The translations under genes were made by a program, and so were the position numbers. A stretch of DNA of 57,978 nucleotides from the NCBI GenBank assembly GCA_013425405.1, contig JACCLF010000036.1, positions 1 to 57,978 on the forward strand, given 5' to 3'. The notes beneath the pieces are model-generated. The model made no database searches and was not told the DNA's origin. It saw nothing but the letters and a program-made list of their open reading frames with translations. This stretch comes from Candidatus Micrarchaeota archaeon. Its GTDB lineage: Archaea; Micrarchaeota; Micrarchaeia; Burarchaeales; Fermentimicrarchaeaceae. This document shows positions 27,289 through 36,183 of the stretch, piece after piece; the first letter of the stretch is position 1; every line of letters starts with the position of its first letter.

Positions 27289-28128
27289 ATGAGTGAGGAG
27301 GCCCTGAAGCAGAAGAAGGAGTTCGTTTCAAAGCTAGCGGAGAGGATAAAGAAGTTCAAGGTCATTGCAGTTGCAGATATACGCAACTACCCGGACAGGC
27401 ATCTGCAGGCAATAAGGAAGAAGCTGAGGGGAAAGGCAGATATGATTGTTGCCAAGAACTCCCTTATCTCAAGAGCATTGGAGAATGCTGGGAAGGGCGC
27501 AGAGCTGACCAGCTCAATGACAGGCCCGACAGCGCTTATACTCACCGACATGAACCCGTTTCAGCTCTACAGGCTTGTGAAACAGGGCAAGGGAAAGGCT
27601 GCCGCAAAGCCTGGTCAGGTTGCTCCGTACGACATAGTCATACCTGCTGGGGAAACCTCGCTTCCTCCAGGGCCTGTGCTTTCCGAGCTAAAGCAGGGGG
27701 GCGTTAACGCCCAGATTAAGGGAGGCAAGGTTGTCATTGCAACCGATTCCGTTGTTGCAAAGGCAGGGCAGAAGATATCAGATGCAGCATCAAAAGCGCT
27801 GCAGAAGCTTGGGATTGAGCCGTTTGAAGTGATGCTCAACATCCATGCAGCCTGGGAGGACAAGCTTGTCTACAAGAAGGATGTGCTCGACGTTGACGAG
27901 CAGAAGTTCCTTGATGACTTGAGGAGGTGCGCATCCGAGGCTCTCAACCTCTCGCTTGCAGCTTCCTATCCTACAAAGCAGAATATCCAGCTCATGCTGC
28001 AGAAGGCACATCTTAACTCAAGGAGCCTTGCGCTAAATGCGAACATCTATGAGAAGGATGTAATCGATGCCATACTCGCAAAGGCAAATGCTCATGCAAA
28101 TGCACTGAAATCAAAAATTGGTGCTTAA
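27289..28128 (+). CDS. rpl10: 50S ribosomal protein L10 / acidic stalk protein P0 (uL10)
   Basis: KKEFVSKLAERIKKFKVIAVADIRNYPDRHLQAIRKKLRG, typical archaeal P0 N terminus. Confidence 0.9.
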   Translation: MSEEALKQKKEFVSKLAERIKKFKVIAVADIRNYPDRHLQAIRKKLRGKADMIVAKNSLISRALENAGKGAELTSSMTGPTALILTDMNPFQLYRLVKQGKGKAAAKPGQVAPYDIVIPAGETSLPPGPVLSELKQGGVNAQIKGGKVVIATDSVVAKAGQKISDAASKALQKLGIEPFEVMLNIHAAWEDKLVYKKDVLDVDEQKFLDDLRRCASEALNLSLAASYPTKQNIQLMLQKAHLNSRSLALNANIYEKDVIDAILAKANAHANALKSKIGA

Positions 28129-28144
28129 ACCAGGAGGTAATTTT

Positions 28145-28438
28145 ATGGAATATGTGTATGCGGCTCTGTTGCTGCATGCGGCAAAGCAGCCAGTGAACGA
28201 GGAGAATGTTGCCAAAATTATAGGCGCATCTGGCATGCAGGCGGACCAGGCGAAAGTGAAGGCGCTTGTGTCATCCCTGCAGGGTGTGAACATAGACGAG
28301 GCAATAAAGGCGGCAGCAATGCCAGTTGCAGCTCCAGTTCAGGTAGCAGCGCCAGCAGCAAAGACAGAAGAGAAGAAAGAGGAGAAGAAACCAACAGCGG
28401 AGGAAGCTGCGGCAGGACTTTCGGCTCTATTCGGTTGA
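28145..28438 (+). CDS. rpl12: 50S ribosomal stalk protein P1 (aL12)
   Basis: Trimmed to MEYVYAALLLHAA, after an AGGAGG SD. Ala/Pro hinge and C-terminal EEKKEEKK...GLSALFG. Confidence 0.9.
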   Translation: MEYVYAALLLHAAKQPVNEENVAKIIGASGMQADQAKVKALVSSLQGVNIDEAIKAAAMPVAAPVQVAAPAAKTEEKKEEKKPTAEEAAAGLSALFG

Positions 28439-28615
28439 TTTTTTGTGGCATACCCACTTAAGAGCTTCCTGCTTCATTGACGCTGCTATTGCAGCATCTC
28501 AATCCAGTCCTCATGGCTTTCATTGCAGGCGTTACTTCCCGTCTGCCCGACGGTAGTTTATACAGATGTTTCCTTATGCTGAGCATCTATCCCGCCGCTT
28601 AATTGCTTCCTATCA

Positions 28616-28624
28616 TTTTTTTTT
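28616..28624 (+). terminator. oligo-T (T9) candidate archaeal terminator downstream of rpl12
   Basis: Run of nine T, 178 nt after the rpl12 stop. Confidence 0.35.
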
Positions 28625-28729
28625 AAGAAAGGGTTGGGAGATGCCAGCGAGTTTCCTTAGCCGGCAGCTCCCATAAGGGGCAATCAGAACCCCAACGGTC
28701 CAGCCATTCCTCCTTTCCACCGGTCATAC

Positions 28730-28855
28730 CTAGCTAACATCAAGCACCAGCCTATCCCCTACCCTCTGTATCACGGTGGAAACATTATTCATCTTCAGCC
28801 TCTCGGCAAGAGCCTCTACTTCATTCAGAGTCAGTTTCGCAATGTCCATTTTCAT
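28730..28855 (-). CDS. small protein Y1 (41 aa), paralog of 54488..54661
   Basis: MKMDIAKLTLNEVEALAERLKMNNVSTVIQRVGDRLVLDVS. ATG is 6 nt after a GAGGTG SD. The first 5 codons lie inside the 91-bp identical block. Confidence 0.55.
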   Translation of the reverse strand: MKMDIAKLTLNEVEALAERLKMNNVSTVIQRVGDRLVLDVS

Positions 28856-28932
28856 CTCAATCACCTCTTTACTGCTAAGAGGTGGTTTTCCAGGGTATTT
28901 AAATAGGCGGAAGGGGGGTAGCTTTCCAGTGA
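28842..28932 (-). repeat. 91-bp block 100% identical to 54648..54738
   Basis: Base-by-base comparison found no mismatch. Identity stops abruptly on both sides. Confidence 0.95.
28862..28905 (-). promoter_or_regulatory. promoter of Y1: TATA box plus 8-bp/7-nt-spacer palindrome covering the SD
   Basis: Minus strand reads TATTTAAATA (28896-28905), then CACCTCTT-AGCAGTA-AAGAGGTG (28862-28884), then ATTGAG-ATG. CTGGAAA direct repeats lie at 28887-28893 and 28923-28929. Confidence 0.6.
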
Positions 28933-29057
28933 TCCTAATCCGCATCCTCCAGGAGCTCTTCAGCCCTGCGACCTCTCAAAACACTTACTGCCCCTCTCTT
29001 AGAAAAGACGCCAGGGCTACTTGTTCCCTTTAACTTACAGTGAAAAAGAAAAAGCAC

Positions 29058-29420
29058 TCAGGCCAGACTTCTTTTCTTAAGTTCTTCCTGAAGTTCTGTG
29101 ACTTTCTTTGCCCTTTCAGCATCAATTCTTTCCAAATTCTTCCTTGCATTATCCAGCTCCTCGTGCAAGATTGGGCTGCTGGGTTTTATGTTCTTCTCCT
29201 TAAGAACCGGCAGCATTCCATCCGCCATCTCTTTTGGCTTCAGCTCCTTGCTTCTGTCAAAGAGCCCCAGTTTGGTGACAATATCCATGACAGCATTTCT
29301 CTCGTTCCTTTCTCTTATTATATCGCCGAATACATCTTTACTTCCTTCTTTCCCTCCTGACGTTTTTTTATCGGCATCTCTTTCCTCTCGAGTTTTGAAT
29401 ATATCTTTAATGCTAGACAT
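29058..29420 (-). CDS. small charged helical protein X1 (120 aa), paralog of 54754..55044
   Basis: Aligns with X2 over ~90 aa (MLPVLKEKNIKPSSPILHEELD..ERIDAERAKKVTELQEELKKRSL). Family not recognised. Confidence 0.6.
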   Translation of the reverse strand: MSSIKDIFKTREERDADKKTSGGKEGSKDVFGDIIRERNERNAVMDIVTKLGLFDRSKELKPKEMADGMLPVLKEKNIKPSSPILHEELDNARKNLERIDAERAKKVTELQEELKKRSLA

Positions 29421-29458
29421 AAAATCACGTATAATTTATGCACAATATAATTTATAAA
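29421..29458 (-). promoter_or_regulatory. promoter of X1 (TTTATAAA, near-leaderless)
   Basis: TTTATAAA at 29451-29458 lies 30 nt upstream of the ATG. The 19 nt including the ATG (29418-29436) are identical to 55042-55060. Confidence 0.55.
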
Positions 29459-29503
29459 CACATTCCATAACCGAATTTGTATGCAGAGAGAGTTCCAAAT
29501 GAT

Positions 29504-30343
29504 TCACTCGCTGAGCAGCAGCCTCAGGCTGACATCAACAGCTTTCACAGAATGTGTGAGGCATCCCATTGATATGTAATCCACATCATGTTTTGCATAC
29601 TCCTGTATGTTATCCAGGGTTATCCCTCCTGAAACCTCCACAATAACCTTCTCCCTCAGCCCGCTGTCCTTAAGCATCTCGAAAGCCTTTTTAATCTCTT
29701 CATGCGGCATATTGTCGAACATCACAATGTCAGCGCCATTCTTCGCAGCCTCAAGCGCATCAGCGGCATTGTTCACCTCTATGCATATCCTCTTTGTGAA
29801 GCTCGCGTGCGCCTTTGCCCTTGAAAGACACTCTTCAACACTGCCCACAACTCTCAGGTGGTTCCTCTTTATGAGAACTTCGTCGTCAAGCCTCCACCTC
29901 TCCGGGTCTCCTCCTCCAATTTCAACAGACTTCTTGTCAAGATAGCCCAGAACTGTTTTTCTGGTGCACGTCACCTTCACCTTGGGGTTGACCTTCCTTG
30001 CCAGCTTGACTGCATTGTTTGTCATTGTCGCAATGCCGCTCATCCTCTGTATGAGGTTCAGGGCAGTCCTCTCAGCCTCAAAAAGCCTCCTGCTGTTCCC
30101 GCTCACCTCGAGGATTGCATTGCCCTCCTTCATCTCGGTGCCCTCCTTCATAAGCTCCTTCACAGTGAGCGTGTTGCTCTTGAGTATGTGAGCAGCCTCC
30201 TCAACCCCCGCGCATATGCCCTCTCCTCCCGAAACTATCTCAGCCCTCAGCTCCATGTTCTTCGGGAGCAATGCGGCTGTAGTAATATCCCTGAACCCTA
30301 TATCCTCACGCATTATCTCAAAAATTATCTCTCTCCACCCCAT
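29504..30343 (-). CDS. nadC: nicotinate-nucleotide pyrophosphorylase (quinolinate phosphoribosyltransferase)
   Basis: QPRTase pattern (ERTALNLIQRMSGIAT, TRKT, MFDNM, EVSGGIT). Confidence 0.9.
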   Translation of the reverse strand: MGWREIIFEIMREDIGFRDITTAALLPKNMELRAEIVSGGEGICAGVEEAAHILKSNTLTVKELMKEGTEMKEGNAILEVSGNSRRLFEAERTALNLIQRMSGIATMTNNAVKLARKVNPKVKVTCTRKTVLGYLDKKSVEIGGGDPERWRLDDEVLIKRNHLRVVGSVEECLSRAKAHASFTKRICIEVNNAADALEAAKNGADIVMFDNMPHEEIKKAFEMLKDSGLREKVIVEVSGGITLDNIQEYAKHDVDYISMGCLTHSVKAVDVSLRLLLSE

Positions 30344-30410
30344 CTTCTCACCCGCATAGGTATTGCGATAACTTCTTTATAAACTTTTAATTTCCCACAG
30401 TAATTAATTA

Positions 30411-31229
30411 ATGAACTGCTATAATTATACGCCCTCAAGGGAAGTTAGAATGAACCGGGAGGTTCCTCTTGTGCTATGTTTAAATATCAGAAATGAGCAG
30501 ATTTATGTGGTGATGTTTATGAAGACAGTCGTACCCGAACACGAGGCTGCAAACACCGCAATTGAAAAACTGCATGAGCAGCAAGTGCTGCAAAACCTGC
30601 ATAATCCTGAAAGCCAGCGGACCATGCAGCTCAAGCTGATTCTGAATGATGCAGGCAATAAGAGGATGCTCACTCCGAAAGTAATCCGCGAGGTTGAAAT
30701 TCTCATGGTAAATGAGGGCAGGGACCAGGCTCTGGCAACAGAGACATATGTGAAGATACTGGCGAAAAACCCGGATTTGCAGAAGGAAGGAACTAAGCAA
30801 TTTCTCGGTGTGGCTCAGTTCGAGCTAAGCCTGAACAGGGACATGGTGGGAAACAACCCTGAGGTCAAGGTGGCATTCCTGAGGGGCTTATACGCAAACG
30901 TTGAAGGATTCTATGATTTGGATTCAACCATGAGGGCAAGGATTTTTGAATGCCTTGGCGCTCCCAGCCTGGCAGTGAGGAATGAGGCAGTGAGGCTGAT
31001 TGAAAACAAGTTCAAGATATCAACAGACGTCACTAGGCAGATAGCCGGGAATTTGCCTCTTGACTCGAGCAAGCTGAGGGATGATATCATAAAGATGGCA
31101 GGCTTGAGCGAGGAAGCCGAGAAGAGATGGTCTGGCAGTAATACGGTTTTAACCCAGATAGGGAGGGATATGCGGAAAAAGGATTTCAAGTCCGTCATAG
31201 CAGAGATGGGAAGAGGCTGGAGAGGATAA
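30411..31229 (+). CDS. hypothetical protein (start uncertain; possibly Met35/Met37 at 30513/30519)
   Basis: Track ORF only. Confidence 0.4.
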   Translation: MNCYNYTPSREVRMNREVPLVLCLNIRNEQIYVVMFMKTVVPEHEAANTAIEKLHEQQVLQNLHNPESQRTMQLKLILNDAGNKRMLTPKVIREVEILMVNEGRDQALATETYVKILAKNPDLQKEGTKQFLGVAQFELSLNRDMVGNNPEVKVAFLRGLYANVEGFYDLDSTMRARIFECLGAPSLAVRNEAVRLIENKFKISTDVTRQIAGNLPLDSSKLRDDIIKMAGLSEEAEKRWSGSNTVLTQIGRDMRKKDFKSVIAEMGRGWRG

Positions 31230-31394
31230 ACAAGGAACTTGAGAAGACGGGGGGAATGCTCACTGCCGAATGCGTCCACATTCTGGAAACTGGCGGATAA
31301 AGGCTTTTACGGGCGTTTCCGAATCAGAAATGGCTTTCCGGTGGGTGCCTGTTCCATAAGCTATTTTAACAATCATCCGCAATATTACCCTCAC

Positions 31395-31481
31395 GGGCCG
31401 GTAGATCAATGGTAGATCGTTGCCTTCGCGTCATCCTTGCGGAAAAGGCAAAGGCTGCGGGTTCGAATCCCGCCCGGTCCA
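31395..31481 (+). tRNA. tRNA-Ala (anticodon CGC) with a 15-nt canonical intron (31431..31445)
   Basis: GGGCCGG/CCGGTCC acceptor with the G3:U70 Ala identity pair. Anticodon stem TTGCC/GGCAA, loop TT-CGC-G|intron|A. T arm GCGGG-TTCGAAT-CCCGC. Intron sits at 37/38. 72 nt after splicing. Confidence 0.8.
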
Positions 31482-31541
31482 TCTCCTAAGTTTTTTGCTT
31501 CTCAACGCTTTGCTTTAAATATCCAAGAAATAAATGTTTAA

Positions 31542-32063
31542 GTGGTGGTTGTTGTGAAAAACATCAGATTTCTCCTGCTAACTCTTGCTTTCGCCATTCT
31601 CTTTCAGGGTTGCTGCGGTGTCGTCCCTGACAACACAAACAGCACAATCAGCCCTGCTCGGGATCTTTCCGGGACATGGAAGGGCACAGCCTCGTTTCAG
31701 GAAAATGTTGAAGGCGCGCAGTGCACCACTACTGGAACCTTCACCCTGGACCTCCAGCAGGATGGCAACAACCTCAACGGCGACTTCGTCCTCTCTCATA
31801 TTTCAATCAGCCAGAAGAGGCTGCCCGGCAACTACGAGGTCCCGCCAATCGGATGCTCGGGCCCTGTCGGCAACGAACTCAGCGGGCAGGTTGACGGCAC
31901 AGTCAGCTCCTCCTCCATCACGCTGAACAGCGGCGGCTACCGCCAGTTCTCCGGATCATTTACAACCGACATAATGTCCCTGAAGCTGGAGAAATGCCTC
32001 GTCAATGATGAGCCCTGCACTGTTGATAACAACGCAAAGTGGAAGATATCCTTAACCAGATAG
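31542..32063 (+). CDS. small secreted lipobox protein (173 aa)
   Basis: Signal peptide ending FQGCC; Cys-containing beta-rich mature part. Confidence 0.5.
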   Translation: MVVVVKNIRFLLLTLAFAILFQGCCGVVPDNTNSTISPARDLSGTWKGTASFQENVEGAQCTTTGTFTLDLQQDGNNLNGDFVLSHISISQKRLPGNYEVPPIGCSGPVGNELSGQVDGTVSSSSITLNSGGYRQFSGSFTTDIMSLKLEKCLVNDEPCTVDNNAKWKISLTR

Positions 32064-32375
32064 GACTGAATTGCCTAACCCGCTCAAAACGCATTGTAGA
32101 ATAGAGGGCGAGAGCTTCCTTTCAGGATATAAGACTTGTCAAGGAGTGAAGGTAAGTTTAAATTCTCCTTATGCTATTACATACACATAGGGGAATCGGG
32201 GGCAGAAGCCTTTCCTAGGCTGGGATATGCTTTCATATTCCACTACCCCTGCCCCAAACAGATTCAAGCCGGCAGTCTCGCTGTTAAACCCCAAGCTCCT
32301 AGAATCGCCTCTTTGCCTTTTTCATCCATTTCATATGGAAACCATACATTTTTATATCACCAAAGATAAGTTCAT

Positions 32376-34328
32376 TTGATGAAAAAAATTATTCTGGTGC
32401 TTATACTGGCCTTCTTTATTTTTGGGTGCTGCGCTTTCATACCCTGGCTCAGCGGCAAAGATGAGTTTGAGATGATACCAAAAAATGCCAATGCTGTCTT
32501 CATACTCAAACCATCCTCAATTCTCAATGACTCCGATTTTAAGTCTCTCTCCAAGGGCGTGGTGGACTACGAGATGAAGCAGGCTGAGAAAAATGCAGGC
32601 ATCGATTTCCAGAAGATTGACAGGCTAATAATATTTTTCAAATTCGATTCACTCACTCAGCAAGATGAAAACTATTTTGGTCTCATTGCAAAGGGCGCAA
32701 TAGACAAAGACAAAATTCTGGAAAAAATCAAGCAGGACAACACGGTAATCGAGCTGAGCTACCACAAGCGTGTGATGTATGAAATAAGTCCGACGGCGAT
32801 GTCTGCCAATGAGAGTTACATGTCATTCATTGGCGATAATGTGCTCGTCAGCGGCTCAAAAGAAGCCGTTCAGGATTCGATTGAAGTTGACACCGGGGAG
32901 AGGGAGAGCATTACGAGCAGGCAGAATCTCACAACCCTCTACAACAAGCTTGGGAAGGACTCCATTTTCATGTTCCTCGTTGAGAGCTCCCCGAATATCA
33001 AGCGGGAGATAAGCAAGGAGGGCAACCAGTCTGCTGCAATACTGAACCTGCAGCCTCTCTCGCAGGTGGACTCGCTCGGGTTCTCACTCGACAAGGTAGG
33101 AAAGAACATCAACTTCAAAATGCTTGTACTTACTGATCAGGCTGCAGGAGCTGGCGGCATTGTAAGAGTCTTGGACAAAGCAATTTCAATCGCAAGAAGT
33201 GCGTCCCCAACTGGCAGTTCTGTGAAAAATCTTCTGGCAAAATTCCACATCGGGACATCTCAAAATGAGGTTTCTGTTAACGTCTCATCAACAATTAATG
33301 AACTAAGAGCAGCATACGAGGAATTATCCACTCCTACCGAAATAACCGAATCAGGATGGTATACCTGCAACAATGTTTCAGAACATCCCTGCAGCGACTA
33401 CCAGGCAGTTTACTGCGACAAGTTCGACCCGACCAACTTGGCTGTGCGCGAAGCGGCTGCGGAGGCAATCGCCCCCAACCCAGGCGCATACTCCGCCAAT
33501 CAGATATTGGACGTATACGACTGGGTCCACCAAAACGTCATCTATCAGAACGTGCCTGTGAACCTCACATACGAGCCGTACCCGCCGCAAGAAACACTCG
33601 ATACTGGGTCAGGCGATTGCAAGAATCAGGCCGTGCTTATCGCATCCATGATTGAGGCAATAGGAGGAAGCGCCAGAATACTACTCATCCCCGAATGCCA
33701 GCATGCATTTGCGGAGGTTTACATCGGAGGAAATGCTACCAAGGACCGCTTTTTGGAGGCAGCGTTTGCCCACTACAGCTCCCATTATACATACATAAAC
33801 TGGCATTACACAAACACCTCAAAAAATGACACCGAGACATGGGTTCCCCTTGACACCGCGGGGGGAAGCTATGCCGGAAATACCATAGCTGACTGCCTCA
33901 ACACCTCGCAAGTGTTTCTGCTTTACAACTGCAATCTTCACGGCTGGCAATGGAAGGCGCCCGATGTCACATGGCTGGAATACGGACCATTCAACCTCTA
34001 TAACAAGAACGATGTGATCGAGCCGGATACATGGCTTTACTTCACTTACAGCATCAACACCACCCAGTACGACTACTGCACATACAACATAAAACTCACT
34101 TCCAAAGCAAGGCTGTTTGACTGGTACATCATACCCGCAAGCGACTACAACAACTTCAAGAATGGCTACTCGTACCGCTACCACTACCGGGAGGAGCAGA
34201 TTGCGGATACAGCGTACAATTTCACGATGAACAAACCAGACAAATTCAATTTAATAATCAAGAACAGCAATATGGGCTACCCCATGACTATCACGACATC
34301 AGTGAACGAGAGATGCTACAAGAAGTGA
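32376..34328 (+). CDS. lipobox protein with a C-terminal transglutaminase-like cysteine-protease core
   Basis: Signal peptide ending FGCC. Core GSGDCKNQAVLIASMIEAIGGSARILLIPECQHAFAEVYIG (Cys...His arrangement of the transglutaminase-like superfamily). Confidence 0.65.
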   Translation: MMKKIILVLILAFFIFGCCAFIPWLSGKDEFEMIPKNANAVFILKPSSILNDSDFKSLSKGVVDYEMKQAEKNAGIDFQKIDRLIIFFKFDSLTQQDENYFGLIAKGAIDKDKILEKIKQDNTVIELSYHKRVMYEISPTAMSANESYMSFIGDNVLVSGSKEAVQDSIEVDTGERESITSRQNLTTLYNKLGKDSIFMFLVESSPNIKREISKEGNQSAAILNLQPLSQVDSLGFSLDKVGKNINFKMLVLTDQAAGAGGIVRVLDKAISIARSASPTGSSVKNLLAKFHIGTSQNEVSVNVSSTINELRAAYEELSTPTEITESGWYTCNNVSEHPCSDYQAVYCDKFDPTNLAVREAAAEAIAPNPGAYSANQILDVYDWVHQNVIYQNVPVNLTYEPYPPQETLDTGSGDCKNQAVLIASMIEAIGGSARILLIPECQHAFAEVYIGGNATKDRFLEAAFAHYSSHYTYINWHYTNTSKNDTETWVPLDTAGGSYAGNTIADCLNTSQVFLLYNCNLHGWQWKAPDVTWLEYGPFNLYNKNDVIEPDTWLYFTYSINTTQYDYCTYNIKLTSKARLFDWYIIPASDYNNFKNGYSYRYHYREEQIADTAYNFTMNKPDKFNLIIKNSNMGYPMTITTSVNERCYKK

Positions 34329-34396
34329 GCAGAAGCATTCTTTAGCTTTAACTAAGAGAAATCCCTGCTTTTCAAACAATCGCACTTTCAGTAAAA

Positions 34397-35314
34397 TCAA
34401 CCAAACTTTCTAGAGACTTCCAGCATCCTATCCAGAGCCACCCTGGCTTTTTTGATAATCTCCCGGTCTATTTCAACAGGATAAATCTCTTCCTCAATAG
34501 ACCTCAAAACAGTAGGCAATGTATTCTTTTTCTGCTGTATGCACGTTGCGATAATTGCATAGAACTTCTTTTCCGGCATCTCCAGCTTCAATCTCTCCAC
34601 CATCCCATGTTCAGTGATGATGATGAACTCATTTGCCTCATTCTCTTTTGCATAGTACAGCATCTGGCTCGTGCTGCACACATGATCCGCCAGCGCAATC
34701 ACATCAAGAGGGCACTCGGGATGGACCAGCACCTTTGCTCCAGAATGCAGGTTCTTTGCCTCCTTCACCTGGCTGGCAGTAATCTTTGAATGCACATAGC
34801 AGAACCCCTTCCACGGAATTATCTCCTTGTCGCTCTTCGTCTGCACGTACTTCGCCAGGTTCTCGTCAGGAACGAAGATTACCTCTTTTTCAGGCAATGA
34901 ATTAACAACATCAACGCAATTCGATGATGTGCAGCAGATGTCCGATTCAGCCTTTGTTTCAGCCGACGTATTAACATAAGAGACAACTGCGGCACCCGGA
35001 TGCTGTTTTTTCAAGTTCAGCAATTCCTGCCTCGTAACCATTCCTGCCATGGGGCATTGCGCATCTCTTACAGGAATCAGTACCTTCTTGTTGGGATTGA
35101 GTATCTTTGCAGACTCGGCCATGAAATCCACTCCGCAGAACACAATGATGTCGGCATCAGTCTTTGCAGCCTCCTTGCTCAGCTCCAGCGAATCGCCGAT
35201 GAAATCCGCTACTTTGTATATCTCCGGCCTCTGGTAGTTGTGGACAAGCATAACAGCATTATTCTCTTTTTTCAACCTGTTTATTTTGCTGATTAATGAG
35301 TTCATTTCGCTCAT
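34397..35314 (-). CDS. nadA: quinolinate synthase
   Basis: NadA pattern (VHNYQ, FCGVDFMAE, CPMA, VSYVNTSAE, HPECP). Confidence 0.9.
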   Translation of the reverse strand: MSEMNSLISKINRLKKENNAVMLVHNYQRPEIYKVADFIGDSLELSKEAAKTDADIIVFCGVDFMAESAKILNPNKKVLIPVRDAQCPMAGMVTRQELLNLKKQHPGAAVVSYVNTSAETKAESDICCTSSNCVDVVNSLPEKEVIFVPDENLAKYVQTKSDKEIIPWKGFCYVHSKITASQVKEAKNLHSGAKVLVHPECPLDVIALADHVCSTSQMLYYAKENEANEFIIITEHGMVERLKLEMPEKKFYAIIATCIQQKKNTLPTVLRSIEEEIYPVEIDREIIKKARVALDRMLEVSRKFG

Positions 35315-36114
35315 GTCCCCACCTGGATCGGTTCGGTAATTTTCTTCAACGTAGCGACTGCAGACAGGGCAGCCAGGTAGCTTGTCTTTGGATTGTCCGG
35401 GCTCGGAACATTTTCAGTTCTCGTCTTCAGCACGCCGAATCTGCCCTCCGCAATTATCTCATGAACGTTGGACTTTATACCTGGGTCGGCAATTATCTGC
35501 ACTCTTGTTTTCTTAGGGCCTATGCCCGCCAAGCTCAAAGAAGCTGCAACATTGATATTGGAAGGAAATAACTTGACAGCTTCCTCCGCAGGACCCTCGT
35601 ATATGACTGTTGGTTTTTTGATTTCTTTCAAATCCATCGGATGCTTTTCGAAGAAAGGCGCCCCCTCCAGTGATTCAGGTGGTTTTGTCGTCTTTATAAC
35701 CACTCTCTCTATTTCATCTCTCGCGGATTTTACACCATCCAAGCCGGCAATGGCTCCAGATGGCAGGTAGACTTTCAGTTTGTTTTTTTCTGCGAGTTCT
35801 CCAATCTCCTGCAATAAACGTTCATCCACCAGAGCGCCAGTGCTCATTATCATGACATTCTTTTTTGCTTTCAAAGCTTTCGGTATCAGAGTCCTGACTG
35901 CCTGTTGCGAGGCTGCTTCCAATACCAAGTCTAACTCTTGTTTCAGAATCTCATCAAAATCCCTGTATTCTGTATGGAACTTTTCGGCAAATTCTAAAGC
36001 TTTTTTCGTATCTATGTCGTAGACACACTTGAGCTCAGCTTTTATCTTATTTTCATTTATATGTCTAGCAATAACCCTGCCGATGGATCCGCAGCCTATC
36101 AATGCAATCTTCAT
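35311..36114 (-). CDS. nadX: L-aspartate dehydrogenase
   Basis: MKIALIGCGSIGRVIARHI Rossmann start, ~267 aa. Overlaps the nadA start by 4 nt. Confidence 0.82.
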   Translation of the reverse strand: MKIALIGCGSIGRVIARHINENKIKAELKCVYDIDTKKALEFAEKFHTEYRDFDEILKQELDLVLEAASQQAVRTLIPKALKAKKNVMIMSTGALVDERLLQEIGELAEKNKLKVYLPSGAIAGLDGVKSARDEIERVVIKTTKPPESLEGAPFFEKHPMDLKEIKKPTVIYEGPAEEAVKLFPSNINVAASLSLAGIGPKKTRVQIIADPGIKSNVHEIIAEGRFGVLKTRTENVPSPDNPKTSYLAALSAVATLKKITEPIQVGT

Positions 36115-36183
36115 TCAATCACTAAAACAACGTTCTTAACGTTAATAATCTTTTCTTTTAATGCAGACTAAAGAGACTTCTCT

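Noticed and set aside
28439-28729. Possible SRP RNA or RNase P RNA in the spacer after rpl12
   Set aside because: I could not find the conserved SRP helix-8 or RNase P P4/CR motifs on either strand, and the length is too short for either RNA.
29426-29432. Core ATACGTG (read as CACGTAT on the plus strand) also present in both X promoters (29426-29432, 55050-55056), suggesting a link to the ribosomal-insert motif
   Set aside because: A 7-mer is expected several times by chance on two strands of 58 kb, and I could not count all occurrences by eye. It is noted only as something a genome-wide motif count could test.
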